Assembly (NCBI GenBank): GCA_963715985.1
Contig: CAVQSP010000013.1
Span: forward strand, 448,001-512,000
Reading direction: 5' to 3'
DNA from: an uncultured Thermoleophilia bacterium
Lineage (GTDB): Bacteria > Actinomycetota > Thermoleophilia > UBA2241
Length of the DNA stretch: 64,000 bases
Shown: one piece after another, positions 1-13,342 of the stretch
Layout of the letters: each line of letters opens with the position of its first letter
Numbering within the stretch: position 1 is the stretch's first letter
Translations under genes and position numbers: made by a program
Notes under the pieces: generated by a model
Told to the model about the DNA's origin: nothing
The model's database searches: none
The model's input: only the letters and a program-made list of their open reading frames with translations

Positions 1-1066
<1,066 letters not shown>

Positions 1067-1106
1067 CCGGCGGCCTCCGCAGGAGCACGCTCTCGTGGGA
1101 GGCCCG

Positions 1107-2501
1107 ATGATGCACCGGCGCGCCGTCGCCGATCTGAGCACCACCCCCTTCTGGCTGGACAGCCCGGACGCCCCTGCGCCCGCCGGGCCGCTGACGGGTT
1201 TCCACGAGTGCGACCTCGCCGTGATCGGCGGTGGCTTCACCGGCTTGTGGACGGCGCTCCAGGCCAAGGAGCGCGACCCCTCTCGCGATGTCCTGCTGCT
1301 CGAGGCGGGACGTGTGGGCTGGGCGGCGTCCGGCCGCAACGGCGGCTTCTGCATGGCCACGCTCACGCACGGCATCGGCAACGGCGAGTCGCACTTTCCC
1401 CGGGAGATCCGCCGCCTGGAGACCTTGGGCATGCAGAACCTCGAGGGTATCGAGAAGACGTGCGCCCGCTACGGCATCGAATGCTCGTGGGAGCGCACGG
1501 GGGAGCTTGGGCTGGCGACCGCGGAGTGGCAGGCCGAGGCGTTGCGCGCGGAGTCCCGGGCGCTCTCGCGCAGCGAGCGACCGTTCGAGCTCTTCGACCG
1601 CGAGGCCATCCGGGCGGAGGTGGGCGCGCCCTCCGCTGTCGCCGGCCTGTGGTTCCCGGACAGCTGTGCCATGGTGGACCCGGCGCGCCTCGCCTGGGGC
1701 CTGGCGCGGGCCTGCCGCAGCCTCGGCGTGCGGATCGTCGAAGGCACGCCGGTCACCGGTCTCGCGCGCGCCGGCGCCGGCGTGCGGCTGACGACGCCGG
1801 CCGCCACCGTGCGCGCCGCCACCGTCGCTCTGGCCACCAACGCGTATCCGCCGCTGCTCCAGCGCCTCCGCGTGTCCTTCGTGCCCGTGTACGACTACGC
1901 CCTGGTCACGGAGCCGCTCTCTGCCGGGCAGCGCGCCTCGCTCGGGTGGACGCGCAGGCAGGGCCTGTACGACGCCGGCAATCACTTCCACTACTTCCGC
2001 CTCATCGGCGAGGACCGCGTGCTGTGGGGTGGCTACGACGCCATCTATCACTTCGGCAACGCTGTGCGCCCGGAGTTCGAGTGGCGGCCGGCGACGTTCG
2101 AGAGGCTGGCGCGGAACTTCTTCGCCATGTTCCCGCAGCTCGAGGGCCTGCGCTTCTCTCACGGCTGGGGCGGCGCCATCGACACCAGCACCCGCTTCTG
2201 CCCGTTCTTCGGCCGCGCCGCCGGCGGTCGCGTCGCCTACGCGCTCGGCTTCACCGGGATGGGGGTGGGCGCCTCGCGGTTCGCGGCGCAGGTCGTGCTC
2301 GACCTGCTCTCCGGACAGCGCACCGACCTGACCGAGCTGGAGCTGGTGCGCAGCCGGCCGGTTCCGTGGCCGCCCGAGCCGCTCCGCTGGGGCATCGTGG
2401 AGCTCACGCAGCGCTCCATGACCTACGCGGACGAGCACGGCGGCGCCCGCAACGCCTGGCTGCGCATGCTCGACCGGCTCGGCCTGGGCTTCGACAGCTG
2501 A
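1107..2501 (+). CDS. FAD-dependent oxidoreductase, DAO/PuuB-like (amine/amino-acid oxidase family)
   Basis: IGGGFTGLWTA Rossmann motif, GWAASGRNGGF, WGGAID, GFTGMGVG; RBS gggagg before ATG 1107. Confidence 0.85.
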   Translation: MMHRRAVADLSTTPFWLDSPDAPAPAGPLTGFHECDLAVIGGGFTGLWTALQAKERDPSRDVLLLEAGRVGWAASGRNGGFCMATLTHGIGNGESHFPREIRRLETLGMQNLEGIEKTCARYGIECSWERTGELGLATAEWQAEALRAESRALSRSERPFELFDREAIRAEVGAPSAVAGLWFPDSCAMVDPARLAWGLARACRSLGVRIVEGTPVTGLARAGAGVRLTTPAATVRAATVALATNAYPPLLQRLRVSFVPVYDYALVTEPLSAGQRASLGWTRRQGLYDAGNHFHYFRLIGEDRVLWGGYDAIYHFGNAVRPEFEWRPATFERLARNFFAMFPQLEGLRFSHGWGGAIDTSTRFCPFFGRAAGGRVAYALGFTGMGVGASRFAAQVVLDLLSGQRTDLTELELVRSRPVPWPPEPLRWGIVELTQRSMTYADEHGGARNAWLRMLDRLGLGFDS

Positions 2502-2565
2502 GCCGGTAGGGCTGGTCGCAGGCCGCTGCGTCCGCGCCGGGCGACCCTGCGGCGGCTGCGCTCCC

Positions 2566-4711
2566 TCAGGCCTCTTCCGCGGCGGCGACCACGCTCACAG
2601 GCGCCGTGGCGGCCTCGCCGGCGAGCTCCTCGTCGGCGCCCTTCTTCGTCCACCTCGGTCCCGGCCAGCCCGCCTTGGGCCCGATCCACAGGGTGAGCCC
2701 GGGCACCAGTGCCGTGCGTACCAGGAACGTGTCGATGAGCACGCCCAGCGCCACGCCGATGCTGATCTCGCCGAGGTCCTTGACCGGCTGCGAGAGCAGG
2801 ATGAGGAAGGTGCCGGCGAGGATGATGCCGGCGCTGGTGAGCACGCCGCCGGTGGCGGCCAGCGCCTTCACGGTGCCGTCCCGGAGACCGCGCAGCATGG
2901 CCTCGCCGCGGATGCGCGTGGTGATGAAGATGTTGTAGTCGCTGCCCAGCGCGACCAGGAAGATGAACATGTACAGCGGGATGCGGTAGCTGATCTGGCC
3001 CCAGCCCAGCAGCTTCTCGGTGATGACGATGGTCGCTCCGAGCGCGGCCAGGTACGAGAGCACGTTGGTGAGCAGCAGGTAGAGCGGCGCGATGACGGCG
3101 CGCAGCAGGAGCGCCAGGATGATGCCCACCACGACCAGGGCGATGGCGGCGATGACGACGGTGTCGCGGTTGCTGATCTGCCAGGTGTCGGCCTGGATCG
3201 CGGTCGGGCCGCCGACGAGTGCGACGCCGCCGCCCTGGGCTGCAGCCTTCTGCGCAGTGGCGCGCAACTGCGCGCAGCTGCTCCAGCGCCTGCTTGGAGT
3301 ACGGGTCGCCCTTGAAGATGACCTGGAAGCTCAGGAGCTTGCCGTCGAGCGCCGTGCCGGTGGGGAAGGCGGCGGCCACTCCGGGGCTCTTGTTGAGGGC
3401 GCCGGTGATCATGCCGGTGACGAACTCGGGCGGCGCCTGCGGCGCCTTGATGAGCACCGTCGTGGGCGCCAGCGCCCCCTTGGGGAAGTGCTTCTCGAGC
3501 AGCGCGTAGCCCTCCTTGGACGGCATGCTCGTGAGGAAGTCGTCGGTGAAGCTGAAGCGGGGGCTGTAGAACAGGCAGCCCAGAGCCAGCACGACGAGGA
3601 TGGCGGCGACCACGGCCGCGGCGCGCGCGGGAGCCGCGGCCACGCGCTCGGCGACGCGCTGCCAGGAGCCCTGCTTGCTGACGTCGCCCTCCTTGGGCAC
3701 GCGCGGCCAGAAGGCGCGGCGGCCGAGCAGGGCGAGCAGGGCCGGCATCAGGGTGAGGGCGGCGATGAGGGTGATGAAGACGCCGCCCCCCAGCACCGGC
3801 GCGAAGGAGCGGTAGTCGCCGTAGCTGGCGAACGAGAGCGTCAGCACGGCGAGCGTGACGGTGAGGCCGCTGGCGGCGATGGCCTCCCAGGTCTCCGCGA
3901 GGGCGGTGGCCAGGGCGGTGCGCGCGTCCGGCTCGTGGCGCAGCTCCTCGCGGTAGCGCGAGATGAGCAGCAGCCCGTAGTCGGTCCCGGCCCCGAACAG
4001 CAGGATGACCATGAGCGATGTGGCCTGCCCGGACAGCGTGTCGCCGAGGGCGTTGGCGGCGATGGCCAGGAGCCCGCCGGCCACGAAGTAGCCGAAGCCG
4101 ACGGTGACCAGCGGCACGAACGGCAGCACCGGCGAGCGGTAGATGAGCAGCAGCAGCACGAGCACGAGGATGACGGTGCCGATGAGCAGCTTGACGTCGG
4201 CGTTGAGGAAGATCTTGTAGACGTCGGTGATCAGGCCACCGGGGCCCGTGACCCGCACCTGCATGCCGTCGACGCTCTCCCCGAAGTGGTCGCGGATGGT
4301 CTGCACGGAGTCGCGGAAGGATTCGTCGCCCGGATTGCCGTTGAGGCTGGCGAAGAGCAGCGCTCCTTTGCCGTCCTCGGCGAACTGCACGTTGGCGCTG
4401 TTGATGGGCTCGGCGCCGCTCTTGAGCCAGGCCTCACCCTGGCCGACGGCCGCCTTCTGGGCGGCCGTGAGCGGCGCGTCCGAGCTGTACACCACGATCA
4501 CCGGCGTGCCCTTGGCGTTGGGGAACGAGGCCTGCTGCAGCGCGTCGGCGCGCTTGCTCTCCACCGTGGCCGCCAGCGACTTGGAGGCGTCGTTGCTGGT
4601 CACGCTCTGCAGCTTGGGGCCCATGGAGAGCGCCCCGGCGATCAGGATCCACACGGCGATGACGATCCACGGATGCTTGCCGCGCGTGGACCAGGTGATG
4701 ATGTTGCGCAT
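2566..4711 (-). CDS. MMPL family (RND) membrane transporter, one indel near 3265
   Basis: LLFGAGTDYGLLLISRYREE and ALGSDYNIFITTRIRGE repeats, many TM helices; ORFs 2423..4711 and 2566..3267 join. Confidence 0.9.
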
Positions 4712-4804
4712 GTCTCGCTGCCCCTTCGTCGTGATGGTGAGCCGCCCCCAAGGGCCACATCATACCCGCGCGGGGGACTCGCCCTCAGGCGCGACCGAGG
4801 GAGA

Positions 4805-5254
4805 TCAGCTGCCGCGCCGCTCCGGGCCGTCGTGCGGCTGGCGCGCCTCGCGGCGGTCGGCGACCACGCGCGTCGCGAGGTCGACGCGCTCCTCCGGCAC
4901 GAGGGAGGCCTTGCCTCCCCGCTGTGCGTCGTTGCGTGCCTGCACCAGGAGGGTCACCAGATCGTCGTCCGGGCCGCTGAGCCAGAGACGGTCCGCGGTC
5001 GCGCCGGCGTCGCGTGGCGCCTCCACCTCCCTCCACACGTCGCCGTCGTCGAGCAGCAGGTAGCGCACCTCGGCGACTCGTTGGCGGGGATCCTGCATGA
5101 GCCATCCACGCACCTCGCCGGCCTGCGCCTGTGGCTGTCCGAAGACGACCGTGCAGTTGGGCGTGAGTCCGGCCAGTCGAAGAGCCCCGAGATGCTTCGT
5201 GACGATGTCCCTCAGCTTGGCGCGAGGGTACTTTGGTTGATAGCCGGGGTCCAC
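4805..5254 (-). CDS. Hypothetical protein (~149 aa), divergent from clpC
   Basis: GTG at 5254 preceded by gaaagg; protein-like composition VDPGYQPKYPRAKLRDIVTKHLG..YLLLDDGDVWRE; no motif recognised. Confidence 0.6.
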   Translation of the reverse strand: MDPGYQPKYPRAKLRDIVTKHLGALRLAGLTPNCTVVFGQPQAQAGEVRGWLMQDPRQRVAEVRYLLLDDGDVWREVEAPRDAGATADRLWLSGPDDDLVTLLVQARNDAQRGGKASLVPEERVDLATRVVADRREARQPHDGPERRGS

Positions 5255-5475
5255 GGTCCGCCTTTCGTCGTGTGGGCGGGATTGTAACCGCTGAGGCCCC
5301 CAGAACGAAGGCCCCGACGGGTGCGGGGCTCGGGTCGCGTCTCGCCGTGAATCGGGTACCATTAGGCTACGTCTGGTCTCCGGAGGGTACGTTGGAGACC
5401 GAGAGCAAGCACCGGCGGCCGCCCGCGTTCCCACCCGAGACCCACGACGGCCCCCGTTCCGGAAGGAGTGGCCTG

Positions 5476-8037
<2,562 letters not shown>

Positions 8038-8087
8038 AGCAGGCGAGTGACGGAGCCTGAGGCGGCGAGCGGCCGGGGTCACTGACC

Positions 8088-9509
<1,422 letters not shown>

Positions 9510-9514
9510 GAACG

Positions 9515-10051
9515 TTGTATTCAGTCGGTGACAAGGTCGTGTACCCGCATCACGGTGCGGGCAAGATCATGAAGATCGAGCAGAAGGAAGTCCTCGGTCA
9601 GCAGCGCGACTATCTCACGATCCAGATCCTGCACAACGACATGACCGTCATGGTCCCGGTGGAGAACGCCGATCGCGCCGGCCTGCGCAAGGTCGTCGAG
9701 TCGGACGTCGTCGACCAGGTCCTCGAGGTCCTGCGCGGCGACCCCACCAAGATGCCCAAGAACTGGAGCCGTCGCTACAAGCATAACCGCGACAAGCTCA
9801 AGACGGGCGACATCTTCGAGGTCGCCGAGGTCGTCCGCAATCTCGCCATCCGGCACGCGCTCAAGGGCCTCTCCACCGGCGAGAAGCAGATGTTCTCCAA
9901 GGCGAAGAAGATCCTCGCCAGCGAGCTCATGTACGCGCGTGACTTCAGTGAGGACGAGGCCAACGCCTTCCTCGAAGAGGTACTCGAGAACATCCACGTC
10001 GATGGGCAGCCGGTTGTCGACGAGCCGCTCGAGCCGGCCACCGTCGTCTGA
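9515..10051 (+). CDS. carD: CarD family RNA-polymerase-binding transcription factor
   Basis: YSVGDKVVYPHHGAG, NWSRRYK, GLSTGEKQM, LASEL; TTG start. Confidence 0.95.
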   Translation: MYSVGDKVVYPHHGAGKIMKIEQKEVLGQQRDYLTIQILHNDMTVMVPVENADRAGLRKVVESDVVDQVLEVLRGDPTKMPKNWSRRYKHNRDKLKTGDIFEVAEVVRNLAIRHALKGLSTGEKQMFSKAKKILASELMYARDFSEDEANAFLEEVLENIHVDGQPVVDEPLEPATVV

Positions 10052-10091
10052 GGACGGCGTAACGCCGGACCAGGGGCCCGCACCCAGGGGC

Positions 10092-11144
10092 GTGCTCGCC
10101 CCTGCCGTGCGCATCCTCTTCGCTCTGCTCGGGGCCCTGGCCGGGTACCAGATCGCCGAGCGCATCCGCGAGTCGTCCTTCGCGCCCGGCCTGGACCAGG
10201 CCGGCAAGATCGTCTGGCTGCTGGCCTTCACCCTCGTCGGCTTGGGCGTGGGCTACGCCTGCGGCGTCCTGCTCTCGCGCTCGGTGCGGCGCGGCCTCGA
10301 CCACATGGACGAGATCATGGCCCGCGCCTCGGGCGCCGAGGTCGTGGTGGCCATCGGCGGCGTGGTCGTCGGGCTCGTCATCGCGACGCTCATCAGCATC
10401 GCCCTCGTGCGCATCCCCTACGTGGGCCCGTACCTCACCATCCCGATCTACCTGCTGTCGGGGTACGTCACCGCATACGTGGCGGCGCGCAAGCACGTGG
10501 AGATCCTCAGGCTTCTCGGTCTGCGCGGCGCCTTCGCCGTGCTGCCCGGGCTCACGCCGTCCAAGCTCCTCGACTCCAGCGCGATCATCGACGGGCGCAT
10601 CCTCGACATCGCCAACACGGGCTTCGTGGAGGGTGAGATCCTCGTGCCGCGCTTCGTGCTCGAGGAGCTGCAGCGCCTGGCCGACTCCGGCGACGCCGAG
10701 AAGCGCGTGCGCGGCCGCCGCGGCCTGGACTTCGTGCGGCGCCTGCAGAACACGTCCGGGGCGGTGCGCATCGACGACGCCGACTATCCAGACATCGACG
10801 CGGTGGACGCCAAGCTCGTGAGGCTCGCGCGCGATCGCGGGGCCTTCATCCTCACCACCGACCACACGCTCAACAAGGTCGCCGAGATCCAGGGCGTCAA
10901 AGTGCTCAACGTGAACGACCTCGCCAACTCGGTGAAGCCGGCCGTCCTCCCGGGTGAGGTCATCGAAGTCAAGATCCTGCGCGAGGGACGCGAGCAGGAC
11001 CAGGGAGTGGGCTACCTCGACGACGGCACCATGATCGTCGTCGAGTCGGGGGCTCTGCTCGTGGGCTCGCGCGTCAAGGCCGAGGTCACCAGCGTGCTGC
11101 AGAGCCCCTCGGGCAAGATGATCTTCACGCGGGTGCTGCCGTAG
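10092..11144 (+). CDS. Membrane-anchored PIN/TRAM domain protein (YacL-like)
   Basis: N-terminal TM helices, LLDSSAIIDGRI PIN motif, QGVGYLDDGTMIVVE TRAM motif; conserved position before ispD; start approximate. Confidence 0.92.
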   Translation: MLAPAVRILFALLGALAGYQIAERIRESSFAPGLDQAGKIVWLLAFTLVGLGVGYACGVLLSRSVRRGLDHMDEIMARASGAEVVVAIGGVVVGLVIATLISIALVRIPYVGPYLTIPIYLLSGYVTAYVAARKHVEILRLLGLRGAFAVLPGLTPSKLLDSSAIIDGRILDIANTGFVEGEILVPRFVLEELQRLADSGDAEKRVRGRRGLDFVRRLQNTSGAVRIDDADYPDIDAVDAKLVRLARDRGAFILTTDHTLNKVAEIQGVKVLNVNDLANSVKPAVLPGEVIEVKILREGREQDQGVGYLDDGTMIVVESGALLVGSRVKAEVTSVLQSPSGKMIFTRVLP

Positions 11145-11175
11145 GGCGCGCCGCCAGCCAAAGGGGGGCAGAGTG

Positions 11176-11892
11176 ATGGAGGAACAGCAGGCCGGAGAGC
11201 TCTGGGTCATCGTCGCCGCGGCGGGTGAGAGCCGTCGTATGGGCTTGCCGGACGGCGAGTCCAAGCAGTTCCTGCTGCTCGGCGGCGAGCCCATCCTCAA
11301 CCACTCCGTACGCCGCCTGTTGGCCATGCCCGAGGTCGACGGCATGGTCGTCGTGCTCCACCCCTCCCACACCGTGCGCTTCGCCGGCGAGCTGCTGGCG
11401 TTCGACGACACCAAGCCGCTGCTGATCGCCGAGGGCGGCCGCAAGCGCTCCGACTCGGTGCGCGCCGGGCTGCTCGAGGTGCCGTCGACCGCCTCCATGA
11501 TCGCCGTGCACGACGGGGCGCGGCCGCTCTTCTCGCGCCACGTCTTCGAGCGCTGCATCACGGCGCTCGGCAAAGCCGACGGCGCCGTGCCCGGCATCGA
11601 GGTCAGCGACACGCTCAAGCGCGCCGACGTCGCCGGGTCGGTGGAGACCACCGTGGACCGTGCCGGCCTGTGGGCGGCGCAGACGCCGCAGGTGTTCCGC
11701 GCCGCTGCGCTGCGGGACGTGTACTCGCGCCCCGACCTGGACGGCGCCACCGATGACGCCGCCCTGCTGGAGCGCGGCGGCTACTCCGTGCGGCTCGTCC
11801 CGTCCACGCCGGCGAACGTCAAGATCACCACGCCGGCGGACCTGCCGCTGGCCGGCGCGCTGCTCTCCTGGGAGGTCGAGGCAGACGTATAG
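11176..11892 (+). CDS. ispD: 2-C-methyl-D-erythritol 4-phosphate cytidylyltransferase
   Basis: [41 protein letters not shown]. Confidence 0.95.
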   Translation: MEEQQAGELWVIVAAAGESRRMGLPDGESKQFLLLGGEPILNHSVRRLLAMPEVDGMVVVLHPSHTVRFAGELLAFDDTKPLLIAEGGRKRSDSVRAGLLEVPSTASMIAVHDGARPLFSRHVFERCITALGKADGAVPGIEVSDTLKRADVAGSVETTVDRAGLWAAQTPQVFRAAALRDVYSRPDLDGATDDAALLERGGYSVRLVPSTPANVKITTPADLPLAGALLSWEVEADV

Positions 11893-12364
11893 GGTAGGCA
11901 GCGGCTACGACGCCCACCGTCTCGCTGTCGGGCGCCGCCTGGTGCTCTGCGGCGTGCAGATCGACCACCCGCTGGGCCTCGCCGGGCACTCCGACGCCGA
12001 CGTCCCGGTGCACGCCCTCATGGACGCGCTGCTGGGGGCGGCCGGCGCCGGCGACATCGGCGCGCTCTTCCCCGACACCGACCCGGCCTTCCGCGACGCT
12101 CGAGTGTGGAGCTGTTGCGGCGTGTGGTGGAACGACTGCGCGCGGACGGCTGGAGCGTCGGCAACGCCGACGTCACCATCGTCTGCGAACAGCCGAGGGT
12201 GGCCGGCTACCGGGAGCGTCATGCGCGCCAACCTGGCGGCGGCGCTGGGGGTGGCCCGGGAGGCCGTGAGCGTCAAGGGCACGACCACCGAGGGCATGGG
12301 ATTCGAAGGCCGTGGCGAAGGGATCTCCGCCACGGCCGTGTGTCTGCTTACGCGCGAGGGGTGA
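11885..12364 (+). CDS. ispF: MECDP synthase IspF, with compensating indels near 12100 and 12218; start unclear
   Basis: [49 protein letters not shown]. Confidence 0.92.
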   Translation, partial: TYRVGSGYDAHRLAVGRRLVLCGVQIDHPLGLAGHSDADVPVHALMDALLGAAGAGDIGALFPDTDPAFRDARVWSCCGVWWNDCARTAGASATPTSPSSANSRGWPATGSVMRANLAAALGVAREAVSVKGTTTEGMGFEGRGEGISATAVCLLTREG

Positions 12365-12389
12365 GCCGGCGAGCCCGGCCCGGCGCCGC

Positions 12390-12602
12390 TCAGGCGTCGG
12401 CGGGCTTGTCGCCCTTCGTGGAGATCTGCTTGGCCGGCGCCTCGTCGTCGGGGTCGTCCACCACTTCGTCGTTGAGACCCTGCTTGAAGCCCTTGATGCT
12501 CTGGCCCATGGAGCGGCCGAGCTTGGGGAGCCGGGTGGCGCCGAAGAGCAGCAGGATCACGAGGACGATGAGGCCGATCTCCAGAGGTCCAAGGTTGGGC
12601 AT
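12390..12602 (-). CDS. tatA: Twin-arginine translocase subunit TatA/E
   Basis: MPNLGPLEIGLIVLVILLLFGATRLPKLGRSMGQSIKGFKQG; RBS aggag. Confidence 0.93.
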   Translation of the reverse strand: MPNLGPLEIGLIVLVILLLFGATRLPKLGRSMGQSIKGFKQGLNDEVVDDPDDEAPAKQISTKGDKPADA

Positions 12603-12767
12603 GTCACTCTCCTGAGGTGCTCGGCGCCGGCGGTGTGCCGGCGCCGCTATGGGCGGGATGAAGCGTGTGCCTCTGCTGACACTGTACGGCCTCACACGGC
12701 CGTAAGCAAGAAAGGGGCGCGGCCACGCGTCCGGGCAGGGATCGACGGAGGGCCGGGCGGGCTGATG

Positions 12768-12791
12768 ACTATTGCTAAGTAACTGAGTGTT
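12768..12791. promoter_or_regulatory. Operator-like element, copy 1 (actattgCTAAGTaACTGAGtgtt)
   Basis: 22/24 identical to 12996..13019; near-palindromic core. Confidence 0.55.
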
Positions 12792-12971
12792 TGTTATTCT
12801 CACCGGGCAAGGCACTCTGCGGGGCCCGGAGACTCATGCCGAGATCGTCGCAGCAGTGAGATCGCTCGACTCGTTCGGAGACGTCACGGACGACGACATC
12901 GTCTGTCTTGGGGTCCTGCTCTTCTGAGCTTCGTCTCGCTGGCAGGCCGGCGCAGTGACGACGGTGGGTGT

Positions 12972-13019
12972 TTGCGGGACGCGCGATCGTCCGATACTAT
13001 TGCTAAGTTACTTAGTGTT
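12972..13019 (+). promoter_or_regulatory. Promoter (TTGCGG-17-TACTAT) overlapped by operator copy 2 (CTAAGT-t-ACTTAG)
   Basis: Perfect 6-1-6 palindrome at 13003..13015 immediately after the -10 box, upstream of the molybdoenzyme operon. Confidence 0.6.
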
Positions 13020-13043
13020 GATTTACGCTTGCGAGGAGGACCC

Positions 13044-13342
13044 ATGAGAATGACCGGCCGAAGTCACCTCCCGAGCATGACAAGACGACGCTTCGTGGCG
13101 ACTGCCGGTCTCGCCGCGCTCGCAGCGCTGGTGATCGGGGCGGCGAAGAAGGCGGACCCGGTGGTCGCCGCGGCCGCTCCAGTGCTGCGACCGGATGCCG
13201 CCGGCACCAGCGCCGGCCGCTGCGCCCACTGCGGCTCGGCGACGCACGCGACGCTGAGCCCCGCCTGCGACGTGGGCGCCGTGCCGAGGCGCGCTCTGCA
13301 GAGCGAGGCATGGCGCCGTGCGGCCGGGAGGGCGGCGCATGA
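13044..13342 (+). CDS. Small twin-arginine-signal protein with Cx2Cx4Hx6C motif (stop inferred assuming one indel)
   Basis: RBS gaggagga; MTRRRFVATAGLAALAAL; CAHCGSATHATLSPAC; ATGA overlap with the next gene is off-frame by one base. Confidence 0.6.
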
